64,000 bases of DNA from an uncultured Chloroflexia bacterium. GTDB taxonomy: Bacteria > Chloroflexota > Limnocylindria > Limnocylindrales > CSP1-4. The position numbers and the translations under genes were made by a program. The notes beneath the pieces are model-generated. The model searched no databases. It was not told where the DNA came from and was given only the letters and a program-made list of their open reading frames with translations. The stretch is taken from NCBI GenBank assembly GCA_963783055.1, contig CAWAMB010000004.1, forward strand, positions 40,442-104,441, in the 5' to 3' direction. Shown piece by piece: positions 27,568 to 37,178 of this stretch (the stretch's first letter is position 1; each line of letters starts with the position of its first letter).

Positions 27568-29940
27568 TCAGGCGCCGACGTAGGCGGCGAGGTGCTCGCC
27601 CGTGAGGGTGGAGCGGCCGGCGACGAGATCGGCCGGCGTCCCCTCGAAAACGATCCGCCCGCCGTCGTGGCCGGCGCCCGGACCGAGGTCGATGATCCAG
27701 TCCGCATGGGCCATGACCGCCTGGTGATGGGCGATGACGATGACCGACTTGCCGGCGTCGACGAGCCGATCGAGCAGGCCGAGCAGGTGATCGACGTCAG
27801 CGAGATGGAGGCCGGTCGTCGGCTCGTCGAGGACGTAGACGCCGCCCTTCTCGGCCATCCGGATGGCGAGCTTGAGCCGCTGCCGCTCGCCACCGGACAG
27901 GGTCGTGAGCGGTTGCCCGAGCTTGAGGTAGCCGAGCCCGACGTCCGCGAGACGGGCCAGGATCGACGCGGCCGCCGGAGTCCTGGCCTCGCCATCACTG
28001 AAGAAGGCGTGCGCCTCGGCGACGGACAGGTCGAGCACCTCCGCGATGTTCAGCTTGCCGAGCCGCAGCTCCAGCACCGACGCCTGAAAGCGCTTGCCCT
28101 GGCAGTCCTCGCACGTCGTCGCGACGGTCTCCATGAAGCTGAGCTCCGTGTAGATCATCCCGTTGCCGTTGCAGGTCGGGCAGGCGCCCTCGGAATTCGA
28201 GGAGAACAGCGCAGGCTTGACGCCGTTGGCCTTCGCGAACGCGGTGCGGATGGGGTCGAGCAGTCCCGTGTACGTCGCGGGGTTGCTCCGGCGCGAGCCG
28301 TGGATCGCGCCCTGGTCGATCGACACCACGTCTGCGCCGGCGGGGATGGACCCGTGCACGAGCGAGCTCTTGCCGGAACCCGCGACGCCCGTCACGACAC
28401 ACAGCACCCCGAGCGGGACGTCGACGTCCACGTTGCGCAGATTGTGTTCGTCCGCGCCGCGAATCTCGAGCGTTCCCGTCGGTGTCCGAACGGTCTCCTT
28501 GAGCGCCGCTCGATGGTCGAGGTGACGACCGGTGAGGGTGTCCGACGCCTTCAGCCCGTCGACCGTCCCCTCGAAGCAGATCGTCCCGCCGCCGGTGCCC
28601 GCCCCGGGGCCGAGGTCGACGACGTGGTCGGCGATCGCGATCGTCTCCGGCTTGTGCTCGACGACGAGCACGGTGTTGCCCTTGTCGCGCAGCTCGAGGA
28701 GCAGCTTGTTCATCCGCTCGATGTCGTGCGGGTGCAGGCCGATCGAGGGCTCGTCGAAGACGTAGGTGACGTCGGTCAGCGCCGACCCGATGTGGCGGAC
28801 CATCTTCGTTCGCTGCGATTCTCCGCCGGACAGGGTGCCCGACGGGCGGTCGAGCGAGAGATAGCCCAGGCCGATCTCGGCGAACGAGTCGAAGAGGTGG
28901 AGCAGGTTGGCGACGAGCGGCGCCACGCCCTTGTCGGCGATGCCGCGCAGCCACTCGGCGGCGTCGGTGACCTGCATCGCGCACACGTCGGCGATGCTGA
29001 GACCGTTGATCTTCGAGGAGCGCGCCGCCTCGTTGAGCCGGGTGCCATCACACACCGGACAGGTCTTGAAGACCGCGGCCCGCTCGACGAAGGCCTTGAT
29101 GTGGGGCTGCAGCGAGTCGACGTCCTTGCTGAACATCGACTTGCGGATCTTGGGGATCAGCCCGTCGTAGGTGATGTTGATGCCCCGGGCCTTGACCTTC
29201 GTCGTCTGCCGGTACAGGAGATCGTGGCGCTCCTTCTCCGTGTAATCGGAGATCGGCTTGTTCGCGTCGAAGAAGCCGGACTCGGCGAACTGGGTCACCA
29301 TCCAGCCTTCCGCGGTGTAGCCCGGGACGAGGATGGCCCCCTCGAGGAGGGACTTCGACTCGTCGAGGATCACGGACAGGTCGAGGTCGGAGATCGTGCC
29401 GCGGCCCTCGCATTCGGCACACATCCCGCCGAGGTAGACCGCGTCCTGGACGATCTTCTTCTCGCCCTTGGGACCGGTCATCACGCCGCTCGCGCGGGTC
29501 GTGGGGATGTTGAACGAGAATGCCGTCGGCCCGCCGATGAAGGGCTTGCCGAGGCGGCTGAACAGGCTCCGCAGCATCGCGTTGGCGTCGGTCACGGTTC
29601 CAAGGGTCGAGCGCGGGTTCGCCCCGAGTCGCTCCTGGTCGACGAGGATCGCGGTGGTCAACCCCTCGAGGACGTCGACCTCGGGCCGGGCCAGGTTCGG
29701 CATGAAGACCTGGACGAACGTCGAGTAGGTCTCGTCGATCAGCCGGCGCGACTCCGCGGCGATCGTGTCGAAGACGAGCGAGCTCTTGCCCGAGCCGGAG
29801 ACTCCCGTGAAGACCGTCAGGCGGCGCTTCGGGATCTCGATGCTGACGTCCTTGAGGTTGTTCACGCGCGCGCCCTGCACGCGGATCAGATCGTGGGTGT
29901 CGGCGCGAGGCGGCGCAGTGGTGATGTCCATGGCCGTCAC
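27568..29940 (-). CDS. UvrA-like ABC ATPase lacking the UvrB-binding domain (UvrA2 / drug-resistance type)
   Basis: 790 aa compared with ~950 for canonical UvrA. It has two ABC modules ([47 protein letters not shown]) and zinc-finger Cys pairs ([32 protein letters not shown]). Confidence 0.95.
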   Translation of the reverse strand: MTAMDITTAPPRADTHDLIRVQGARVNNLKDVSIEIPKRRLTVFTGVSGSGKSSLVFDTIAAESRRLIDETYSTFVQVFMPNLARPEVDVLEGLTTAILVDQERLGANPRSTLGTVTDANAMLRSLFSRLGKPFIGGPTAFSFNIPTTRASGVMTGPKGEKKIVQDAVYLGGMCAECEGRGTISDLDLSVILDESKSLLEGAILVPGYTAEGWMVTQFAESGFFDANKPISDYTEKERHDLLYRQTTKVKARGINITYDGLIPKIRKSMFSKDVDSLQPHIKAFVERAAVFKTCPVCDGTRLNEAARSSKINGLSIADVCAMQVTDAAEWLRGIADKGVAPLVANLLHLFDSFAEIGLGYLSLDRPSGTLSGGESQRTKMVRHIGSALTDVTYVFDEPSIGLHPHDIERMNKLLLELRDKGNTVLVVEHKPETIAIADHVVDLGPGAGTGGGTICFEGTVDGLKASDTLTGRHLDHRAALKETVRTPTGTLEIRGADEHNLRNVDVDVPLGVLCVVTGVAGSGKSSLVHGSIPAGADVVSIDQGAIHGSRRSNPATYTGLLDPIRTAFAKANGVKPALFSSNSEGACPTCNGNGMIYTELSFMETVATTCEDCQGKRFQASVLELRLGKLNIAEVLDLSVAEAHAFFSDGEARTPAAASILARLADVGLGYLKLGQPLTTLSGGERQRLKLAIRMAEKGGVYVLDEPTTGLHLADVDHLLGLLDRLVDAGKSVIVIAHHQAVMAHADWIIDLGPGAGHDGGRIVFEGTPADLVAGRSTLTGEHLAAYVGA

Positions 29941-30048
29941 TCTAGCCGCGGCTCGCCGATCGGTGCTTCTCCGATCCTGACGAGCCCACCCGCTCCGGGC
30001 GAGCCTGCCCGTTCGCCGCCGCTTCGCAGCGGCGGCGCGGGCTGCCGG

Positions 30049-30453
30049 TCAGGCAGTGGCTGCGCTGACTCCGCCGCGGGCGGCGCGCGCCGAGCCGTCG
30101 GGCCCGGCAACGACGTACGCCACCATCGCGAGGAAGCCGAAGTTGAAGATGCCGGTCAGGAGCAGGACGGCGAACCAGGTCTTGCTGTCGAGCTGCCAGG
30201 TGTTGAAGAGGGCGCCGATCCAGGCGACGAGACCGGCGACGAGTGCGCCGGCGATGGCGATCCCACCGAGGGCGGCCAGCCCGAGCGTCGACCAGGCGAC
30301 GGCGCCGCCGTGGATGCCGACGATGTCGGACCCGGCCATGACGAAGACGTCGTTGGCGATGGCCAGCGCGATGCCGGTGATGGCGAGGACGGCGCCCGCG
30401 GCGAAGGCCACGAGGCTGCCGAGGAAGAGACGGATGACGGTGGACTTGAACAT
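30049..30453 (-). CDS. small integral membrane protein (4 predicted TM helices)
   Basis: 134-aa hydrophobic ORF between the oxidoreductase and UvrA2 genes, on the same strand. Confidence 0.6.
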   Translation of the reverse strand: MFKSTVIRLFLGSLVAFAAGAVLAITGIALAIANDVFVMAGSDIVGIHGGAVAWSTLGLAALGGIAIAGALVAGLVAWIGALFNTWQLDSKTWFAVLLLTGIFNFGFLAMVAYVVAGPDGSARAARGGVSAATA

Positions 30454-30507
30454 GGCGCGTTCCTTTCCGAAGGTCCTGGGGAGATGGATGGGGCGACGAG
30501 GACCGGG

Positions 30508-31467
30508 TCAGACCGTGATGACCACCGTCCCTCGGGCGTGTCCCTCGGCGACATGGGCGATCGCCGCCGGGGTCTCCGGCAGGCGGTAGGTCCGGTCGAT
30601 CACGGGCATCACGCTGCCGGCCTCGATCAGGCCCTTCAGGGCGACCAGGTCGTCGTGGTTGGTCGACTTGACCGAGGGGGCCGCCTGCTGGCGGACGACC
30701 ATCGAGGCGAACATCGCCCGGACGGTCCGGCCGAGCTTGCCGTCGGCGTGGCCGCCGCCGTTCGAGATCAGCGTCCCGGTCGGGTTGAGCGCGCGCCGGG
30801 TCTCGGCCATCGAGTGGTTGCCGACGTTGTCCAGGATCAGGTCGTAGCGCGGCCCGCCCGTCGTGAAGTCCTCGCGGGTGTAGTCGATCACGTGGTCGGC
30901 GCCGATCGAGCGAACCAGGTCCACGTTCTTCGTGCTCGTGACACCGGTCACCTCGGCGCCGAGGGCCTTGGCGATCTGGACGGCGAACGTGCCGACGCCG
31001 CCGGACGCACCGTTGATCAGGACCTTCTGGCCGGGCCCGACCTTGCCGTCGTCGCGCAGCAGCTGGAGGGCGGTGGAAGCGGAGACGCCGACTGCCGACG
31101 CCTGCTCGAACGTGAGGCTTGCCGGCTTCTTGAGGAACTGGCTCGCCGGCGCATGGACGTACTCGGCAAACGCGCCGGCGCCCCAGCCGAAGACCTCGTC
31201 GCCCGGCTTGAAGCCCGCGACCGCGCTGCCGACCTGCTCGATCGTGCCCGCGACATCCGTTCCCGGGACCCGGTTCTTCGGCTTGCGGAGACCGGTCGCG
31301 AAGCGCATGACGAAGGGCGATCCCGTCATGAGGATCCAGTCGCCGACGTGGATGGACGCGGCGTGGACGCGGACGAGGATCTCGTCGGCGGCGATCTCGG
31401 GCTTGGCGACGTCGTCGAGCCGGAGCGCTTCGTGGGAGCCGTAGCTGTCCTGGACGATGGCCTGCAT
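30508..31467 (-). CDS. NAD(P)H-dependent quinone oxidoreductase / MDR-family zinc-type dehydrogenase
   Basis: 319 aa: ..EILVRVHAASIHVGDW..GTDVAGTIEQVG..VLINGASGGVGTFAVQIAK... Confidence 0.9.
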   Translation of the reverse strand: MQAIVQDSYGSHEALRLDDVAKPEIAADEILVRVHAASIHVGDWILMTGSPFVMRFATGLRKPKNRVPGTDVAGTIEQVGSAVAGFKPGDEVFGWGAGAFAEYVHAPASQFLKKPASLTFEQASAVGVSASTALQLLRDDGKVGPGQKVLINGASGGVGTFAVQIAKALGAEVTGVTSTKNVDLVRSIGADHVIDYTREDFTTGGPRYDLILDNVGNHSMAETRRALNPTGTLISNGGGHADGKLGRTVRAMFASMVVRQQAAPSVKSTNHDDLVALKGLIEAGSVMPVIDRTYRLPETPAAIAHVAEGHARGTVVITV

Positions 31468-31505
31468 GGGAGTTTGCCTCGGTTCTTGCGGTTGGCACCT
31501 TGCCT

Positions 31506-31559
31506 GCGTACGATGTACGCTGACGGTGTACGGCGTACGCTAATGCGTACGATGTACGC
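31506..31559. promoter_or_regulatory. three tandem palindromic operators in the divergent oxidoreductase/TetR intergenic region
   Basis: GCGTAC-GAT-GTACGC (31506-31520), GTGTAC-GGC-GTACGC (31526-31540) and GCGTAC-GAT-GTACGC (31545-31559). Centres are ~20 bp apart. Confidence 0.7.
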
Positions 31560-31608
31560 TGTCAACCCGCAATCTCAACATCGTCATCGCGAACACAGGA
31601 GCGTCTCC

Positions 31609-32274
31609 ATGGCGACCCGCACCATCTCCAGCCCCGAGCCGCGCATCCGTCTGACCCGGGAGCGCGTGCTGGCGGCGGCGATCGTCCATGCCGATGCCGG
31701 CGGGCTCGAGGCGCTGACGATGCGGAAGCTGGCCGATGAGCTCGGCGTCGCGCCGATGGCGCTCTATCGCCACGTCGCCAACAAGGACGACCTGATCGAC
31801 GGGATGGTCGACCTCGTCTTCGCCGAGATCGACCTGCCGCCGGACGGCGCGGACTGGAGAGCCGCCATGCGCACTCGCGCGATGTCCGTCTACGCGGCGC
31901 TCCTGCGCCACCGCTGGGCGATCGGCCTCATGGAGTCGCGGACGAACCCGGGGCCGGCCAACCTGCGCCACCACGACGCGGTCATCGGCAGCCTGCGTGC
32001 TGCCGGATTCGCGATGGATCGGGTCGCGGCCGCCTACTCCGTGCTGGACAGCTACATCTACGGCTACGCCCTCACGAAGCTGAATCTCCCGTTCGACGAC
32101 ACGTCGGACATCGCGGACGTCGCCCAGGAGATGCTCGAGCCGTTCCCGGCCGGCGAGTACCCCAACCTCCTCGCGTTCATCACCGACTACGCGATGCTGC
32201 CCGGCTACGACTACGCGAACGAGTTCGAGCGGGGCCTCGACATCGTCCTCGATGGGCTCGCGCGCGCCGGTTGA
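31609..32274 (+). CDS. TetR-family transcriptional regulator
   Basis: ATG 31609 at the end of the artefactual 1801-aa ORF. ..LTRERVLAAAIVHADAGGLEALTMRKLADELGVAPMALYRHVANKDDLI... Confidence 0.9.
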   Translation: MATRTISSPEPRIRLTRERVLAAAIVHADAGGLEALTMRKLADELGVAPMALYRHVANKDDLIDGMVDLVFAEIDLPPDGADWRAAMRTRAMSVYAALLRHRWAIGLMESRTNPGPANLRHHDAVIGSLRAAGFAMDRVAAAYSVLDSYIYGYALTKLNLPFDDTSDIADVAQEMLEPFPAGEYPNLLAFITDYAMLPGYDYANEFERGLDIVLDGLARAG

Positions 32275-32305
32275 AATCGGGTCCTCGGCCACGTACCGTG
32301 GCCGA

Positions 32306-32827
32306 GTGCTGAGACGGAGACTGCTTCGGGGAGCGTTCGTCGCGGCCGTCGTGACGTTGGCCCTTGCGTCGCCGGTCCTGGCCCACGGGGATCATGACGC
32401 ACGGCCGCTCGCTCGCGGCCTGACCGCCGGGCCGTACAGCATCTCGCTCTGGCAGGTCTACCCCGACGCGGGCACGGCGATGACGCCGCACCTGATCGTG
32501 CTGTTCGACGGATCGGCGGCGCCCACGACGGCCGGGGTTAGCGTCGCCCTGAACGCGACGCCGATGGAGGTCCGGCCATCGGCCACGACCGCCAACGGTT
32601 GGGAGACGACGGACGGGGTTGCCGAGGGCGATACGGTCAGCGTGACCATCACGGACGGCGGCCAGGCGTGGGATCTCGCTCCCGTCGTCGTTCCTGCGGC
32701 ACCGAGCTCGATGATCCCGATGGAAGAGCTGATCTACGCGTCGATCGTCCTGACGGCCGGAACGGCCTGGTGGATGGCCGGCCGGACCGTCAGAGCATGG
32801 CGACGACCCGCGTTGCGATCGGGTTGA
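32306..32827 (+). CDS. secreted, C-terminally membrane-anchored protein with a His-rich mature N-terminus
   Basis: GTG 32306. Signal peptide ..VVTLALASPVLA/HGDHDA.., a beta-rich body and a C-terminal TM helix (LIYASIVLTAGTAWWMAG). Confidence 0.55.
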   Translation: MLRRRLLRGAFVAAVVTLALASPVLAHGDHDARPLARGLTAGPYSISLWQVYPDAGTAMTPHLIVLFDGSAAPTTAGVSVALNATPMEVRPSATTANGWETTDGVAEGDTVSVTITDGGQAWDLAPVVVPAAPSSMIPMEELIYASIVLTAGTAWWMAGRTVRAWRRPALRSG

Positions 32828-32857
32828 TCAAACGGCAACGATGAGAGGAGACCTGGG

Positions 32858-33436
32858 TTGACTCAGGCGACGACGGCACCCAGGCAGGGCTTCCTCGACA
32901 AGCTCAACACCACCTGGCACGAACGCGCTCTCTGGATCTATCTCGCGATCGTGATCCTGCATTGGGTCGAGCACCTGTTCCAGGCCGCCCAGATCTGGAT
33001 CCTCGGGATGCCGCGGCCGCAGGCCCTCGGTGCCCTGGGGTACGTGTTCCCGTGGCTGGTGAAGTCCGAGGTGATGCACTTCACCTACGCGGTCCTGATG
33101 CTGATCGGCCTCGTCCTGCTCCGATCCGGATTCCATGGCACGGCCCGGGGATGGTGGACGGCGTCGCTGGCGATCCAGGCCTGGCACCTGGTGGAGCATT
33201 CGTTGCTCCAGCTCCAGGCGCTCGTGGGCCAGAACCTGTTCGGGTCGCCGGTCCCGACCAGCATCCTCCAGCAGTACGTCCCACGCCCCGAGCTGCACCT
33301 GCTCTACAACCTGGCCGTATTCGTTCCGATGGTCGTCGCCATGTGGCTCCACACCCGGCCGAATCAGGCGGCTGTGAACGAGTGCACCTGCGCCGACGCC
33401 CCGGTCCGGGTGGGGCAGGCGGGGTCGACCGCTTAG
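32858..33436 (+). CDS. integral membrane protein with a duplicated H-x-V-E-H motif
   Basis: TTG start after a GAGAGGAG RBS. Internal repeat: LHWVEHLFQ..SEVMHFTY vs WHLVEHSLLQ..PELHLLYN. C-terminal NECTCAD. Confidence 0.6.
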   Translation: MTQATTAPRQGFLDKLNTTWHERALWIYLAIVILHWVEHLFQAAQIWILGMPRPQALGALGYVFPWLVKSEVMHFTYAVLMLIGLVLLRSGFHGTARGWWTASLAIQAWHLVEHSLLQLQALVGQNLFGSPVPTSILQQYVPRPELHLLYNLAVFVPMVVAMWLHTRPNQAAVNECTCADAPVRVGQAGSTA

Positions 33437-34881
33437 CGGTCTGTCGCGAGCGGCGCGCCGGTCCGGCGACGGTCCCGGGCCAGGCGGATCGGAGCGCGCG
33501 CCGCGGACTGCGTGCGTCGCCGCTTGTTGGCGTACATCGAACGATCGGCGAGCGTTCGCGCGCCCTCCAGATCACCGCCGACGACGGGCGCGAGGCCGAT
33601 CGAGAGCTGTGGGGTGAGGCTGTGCTCGGTCACGCGCCAGGCTCGCTGCGCGCGCTGAATGTGGCGAAGGACGCGTCGCGCACCGGCCTCGTCGGCCCGG
33701 CGCAGGATGACCACGAACTCGTCGCCCCCGACGCGAGCGACGAGATCGGTGTCGCGCACGCTCGACCGGAGCAGGTTGGCGGCTCCCCGGATCAGCGCGT
33801 CGCCGGCCGCGTGTCCGTAGCGATCGTTCACGGTCTTCAGGCCGTCCAGGTCGCACGACAGGACGAATCCGCCGGCCTCGGCATCCCCCGCGGCGGCGTC
33901 CGCCGGCGCGGCATCCGGCTGCCCGACTTCCTCGTCCCAGGCCCGCCGATTGGCAACGCCGGTCAGGGCATCGGTTCGAACGAGCCGGGCGAGGAGGTCG
34001 CGCTCGGCGGCGAGCTGTTCGCGCGCGTGTGCCTGGCCGATCAGCAGTTCGGAGGCGTCTGCGATGGCTCGGCCGATCCGCTGGCACAGCGACGTGAAGC
34101 CGCGCGCCCGAGCGACCGTGTGGCCCAGGGCGAGGGCGCCCGTGACGTCACCGGCGAACGGCAGCGTGAGGTGGGACGCGACGGCCACGCCGAAGATGTT
34201 GGGATCCGTGGCAGCCGTCTGCTCGAGCCGCGGCTCCGCTCCGAAGGCTGCCAGATGGCCGCCCGCATCCGGATTGGCGAGCGCCGAGCTCGACAGGACA
34301 TCGAGTCCCTCGACCAGCGATTGAGCATCGATGTCCACGCGGACGACGGCCACCTCGCACGACAACGCCTGGCCCGCCACCGTCGCGATGTGGCGCATGG
34401 TGTCGCGGATCGTCATCGGGCGGTAGGCCATGAGTGCCCGGAGGGCGTGGACGAGCTCGAGCTCGTCCGCCAGGAGCTTGTCCGCCGCCACGCCGTGCGT
34501 TCGATCGACTTCCGCCGCGGCGACGCGCACGAGCTGGCTATCGGTCGGGGCAATCGTTCTCCCGCTCCCGAACACCACGACGTGGCGTTGACCGACGGGC
34601 ACCGCAGCCGCATGCCGGGCGTAATACGGTCCCGCGACATGCATGAGGCGGCGACCGGCCAGCCGCTCGGCCGTCCCACGCCGCCACGCCCGCCCGACGA
34701 GGCCCTCATCCAGGGCGTTCAGCTCCACGATTCCGGCCCAGCCGGCACGACGGCCGGTACTGCCGACCAGGGTGAAGCCGCCGGCAAGATGTTCGAAGAC
34801 GAGGACGTCGTCGGCAAAGGCCGCTCCCTGCTCGCGCAGGGCTCCCGCGGACGCCTCGCTCAGGTCGAGTTCACCGATCAT
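33433..34881 (-). CDS. GAF-domain diguanylate cyclase (GGDEF)
   Basis: C-terminal GGDEF domain (..LTGVANRRAW..DLDGLKTVNDRYGHAAGD..VARVGGDEFVVIL..SMYANKRR). The start could be 34881 or 34926. Confidence 0.85.
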   Translation of the reverse strand: MIGELDLSEASAGALREQGAAFADDVLVFEHLAGGFTLVGSTGRRAGWAGIVELNALDEGLVGRAWRRGTAERLAGRRLMHVAGPYYARHAAAVPVGQRHVVVFGSGRTIAPTDSQLVRVAAAEVDRTHGVAADKLLADELELVHALRALMAYRPMTIRDTMRHIATVAGQALSCEVAVVRVDIDAQSLVEGLDVLSSSALANPDAGGHLAAFGAEPRLEQTAATDPNIFGVAVASHLTLPFAGDVTGALALGHTVARARGFTSLCQRIGRAIADASELLIGQAHAREQLAAERDLLARLVRTDALTGVANRRAWDEEVGQPDAAPADAAAGDAEAGGFVLSCDLDGLKTVNDRYGHAAGDALIRGAANLLRSSVRDTDLVARVGGDEFVVILRRADEAGARRVLRHIQRAQRAWRVTEHSLTPQLSIGLAPVVGGDLEGARTLADRSMYANKRRRTQSAARAPIRLARDRRRTGAPLATDR

Positions 34882-35081
34882 GGGCGGGATCGTAGAGGTG
34901 CCCTGCCGAGGGCGGCCACGGTCCAATGGTCACGTCGGTCCCGGCTATGGTCTGACCGGCTTCCCGCGGACGCCGCCGCGCGCCACGGACGCACGGCTCT
35001 TGACACCGTCGCCGGATCGGCTATGGTGCGCGTCCGCACCAGGGTCCGAGCGCGCAACACCGGCCGGGAGCGAAACCACTC

Positions 35082-35351
35082 ATGCCAGCGTGCACAACCT
35101 GTGGTGGGACCGACGACGTCCACCTGTACGAACGTCACGACTCGCGCTACGAGCCACGAACGTGGTGGTGGTGTCGCGACTGTTCGTACTTCGCGGTCCG
35201 CCTGAACGGAATCGCGGCCGATCCCGTGGCGGGTTGGGTCGAGCGGGCAGCCCTTCATGGACTGCCCCCTGAGTCACCTGCCGGTTCGCGAGACCGCCGC
35301 GTGTCCGCCGGTCGACGGGCGACGGACCGGCGCCACGGAGTCGAAGCCTAA
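35082..35351 (+). CDS. small zinc-ribbon-like protein (CxxC..CxxC)
   Basis: 89-aa ORF MPACTTCGG..WWCRDCSYF. GC3 is high only in the first ~60 codons. Confidence 0.35.
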   Translation: MPACTTCGGTDDVHLYERHDSRYEPRTWWWCRDCSYFAVRLNGIAADPVAGWVERAALHGLPPESPAGSRDRRVSAGRRATDRRHGVEA

Positions 35352-35371
35352 GGTCGGGCCGGCCTCCTCAC

Positions 35372-35995
35372 TCACGCGCCGGATGGTCGCCACGGCTCGC
35401 GCTCGTGCGCGAGCCAGACGAGCTCCGGGTCGAGTGCCCGCACCAGCGTTCGGCCTTCGGTCGGCGGCTCGTCGAACTCACCGTGCCACACGGCGACATC
35501 GCCGCCGATGACGACCGGGCGCCCGCCGTTGTCGACGACCACCACCTGGGTGCCGGGCGTGTGGCCCGGCGCCGGGACGAGCCGGACCCCGGGAAGCAGC
35601 TCGAGCTCGCCGTCGACCGGCACGTACCGAACACCGGGCGCGTCGACCCAGTCGCGGATCGTGTAGTCGTCCTGGTTGCGCGCGTCGTCGAGCTCCCGAC
35701 GCTGGACGTAGGTCGGCTTGCCGGCGAACAGGTGATTGCCGCCGCAGTGATCGGCGTGCAGGTGGGTGTTGACGACGACGTCGATGCCGGCGAGATCGAA
35801 GTCCTGCTCGTTCAGTGGCCGGAGGACGGGGTCCATGTCGGCCAGCAGGGGATGCAATTCGGTCATGCCGGTGTCGACCAGGACGCGGGCATCGGGGTGG
35901 TCGATCACGTGCACGTAGATCGGCATCAGCTCGCCTTCGACGTGCAGGTCGGCGACGTGAACCGGCGTGATGGTGATCGATGGAAGGGCGTTCAT
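35372..35995 (-). CDS. MBL-fold metallo-hydrolase (lactonase-like)
   Basis: ..VVNTHLHADHCGGNHLF..PAPGHTPG... Confidence 0.85.
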   Translation of the reverse strand: MNALPSITITPVHVADLHVEGELMPIYVHVIDHPDARVLVDTGMTELHPLLADMDPVLRPLNEQDFDLAGIDVVVNTHLHADHCGGNHLFAGKPTYVQRRELDDARNQDDYTIRDWVDAPGVRYVPVDGELELLPGVRLVPAPGHTPGTQVVVVDNGGRPVVIGGDVAVWHGEFDEPPTEGRTLVRALDPELVWLAHEREPWRPSGA

Positions 35996-36043
35996 CGTGG
36001 ACGGACCGTCGCGGTAGCGGTGACCGGCTTCCGCACGCGACGC

Positions 36044-36562
36044 CTACCGACGCGTGCTCGTGCCCAGCTTGACGAGCAGCTCGTCCAGCTGGTCGAACGT
36101 CTCGGAATTCCAGCTCGTCGCCCCGGAAGCGACCGCGTCGTCCAGCGCCTCCTTCGAGGGGTAGAGGTCGTGGACGACCAACCGTGTCCGGCCGTGATCC
36201 TCCTCGAAGGTCGCGGTCGTCACGACGTGCCCGCCATCGTCCTCCTCGTTCGTCCAGACCAGGCGCGATGGCGGCGACACCTCGAGGTAGCGGCCGAAGA
36301 ACGCCATCGGTTCCGCGGTCCCGGTGTCGAACGTGAGCCGGTAGCCGCCGCCGACGCGTGCATCGATCTCGCACGACAGAAGCGTCAGGCCCAACGACTT
36401 CGGCACCCACCACTGCCGGAACTGGTCCGCGTCGGTCCACGCCTCGAACACGCTCGGCGGCGGGCCATCGATCGTCCGGGTGACGACGAGCTCGCGCTCC
36501 GATGTCCGCTCGACCGTCGTGCGGTTCCGGGTGGCGGGCTCAGCGGCGCTTCGGGTGTTCAT
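36044..36562 (-). CDS. SRPBCC/AHSA1-family protein
   Basis: ..RELVVTRTIDGPPPSVFEAWTDADQFRQWW..GGGYRLTF..FGRYLEVSPPSRLVWT... Confidence 0.85.
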   Translation of the reverse strand: MNTRSAAEPATRNRTTVERTSERELVVTRTIDGPPPSVFEAWTDADQFRQWWVPKSLGLTLLSCEIDARVGGGYRLTFDTGTAEPMAFFGRYLEVSPPSRLVWTNEEDDGGHVVTTATFEEDHGRTRLVVHDLYPSKEALDDAVASGATSWNSETFDQLDELLVKLGTSTRR

Positions 36563-36914
36563 CGATCTGCTCCTTCCGTCGTCGCTCCGCGACGACCTGC
36601 TCCAACGCGTCGAACCGGGCGTCCCACATCCGGCGCTGCTGCTCGATCCACGTGGTCTCTTCTTCGAGCTGGCGCGGCCCGAGCCGGCAGGTCCGCACGC
36701 GCCCGAGCTTCTCGGTCGTGACGAGCCCGGCCTGCTCCAGCACCCCGACGTGCTTGCGCATGCCCGTGAGGGTCATGCGGAACGATCCGGCCAGCTCCGT
36801 GATCGACGCGTCGCCTCGTCCGAGCCGCTCCAGGACGCCCCGCCGGGTGGCGTCGGACAGCGCCGCGAACGAGACGTCGAGTCGACCATCGGAATACTGA
36901 ACCATATGGTTCAC
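36540..36914 (-). CDS. ArsR/SmtB-family HTH transcriptional regulator
   Basis: ..FAALSDATRRGVLERLGRGDASITELAGSFRMTLTGMRKHVGVLEQAGLV... Starts at GTG 36914 or the in-frame ATG 36905. Confidence 0.85.
   Translation of the reverse strand: MNHMVQYSDGRLDVSFAALSDATRRGVLERLGRGDASITELAGSFRMTLTGMRKHVGVLEQAGLVTTEKLGRVRTCRLGPRQLEEETTWIEQQRRMWDARFDALEQVVAERRRKEQIDEHPKRR
36898..36913. promoter_or_regulatory. perfect 16-bp palindrome overlapping the ArsR start codon, preceded by a TATAAA -10-like box
   Basis: TGAACCATATGGTTCA at 36898-36913. TATAAA lies on the minus strand at 36915-36920, which suggests a leaderless transcript starting at ATG 36905. Confidence 0.55.
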
Positions 36915-37178
36915 TTTATACGCCGGTCGCTCGCCGATTGCAAGCTCTGCTCGGGCGAGCGCTGGATCGGGCCGCGCCGGACCGAACCAATCCGTTCAAG
37001 AGCAGCCGCGGCGAACAACAAACGCCGGCGGGGCGGTCGTCCTCGCCCAATTCAGCAGGCCGAGCTCGTCCCCGCCATCCACGACCGGATCGTGGTGGCC
37101 GGGCTGCGGATCATGTCCGCAAGGCTCACGGCGGCCGCCAGTCGTCGACAGCCCGCACCGGCTTCGCGTCCCGGTCGA

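Noticed and set aside
26869-32274. 1801-aa plus-strand ORF, and similar giant ORFs such as 12939-14570 (minus), 13465-15186 (minus), 1164-2546 (minus) and 51807-54848 (plus).
   Set aside because: These are stop-poor shadow frames typical of ~70% GC DNA. They run antisense to or out of frame with clearly recognisable genes (UvrA paralogue, holB, the permease, DUF885), and their Arg/Gly/Pro-dominated composition is non-protein-like. Only the last 222 codons of 26869-32274 (the TetR gene) are real.
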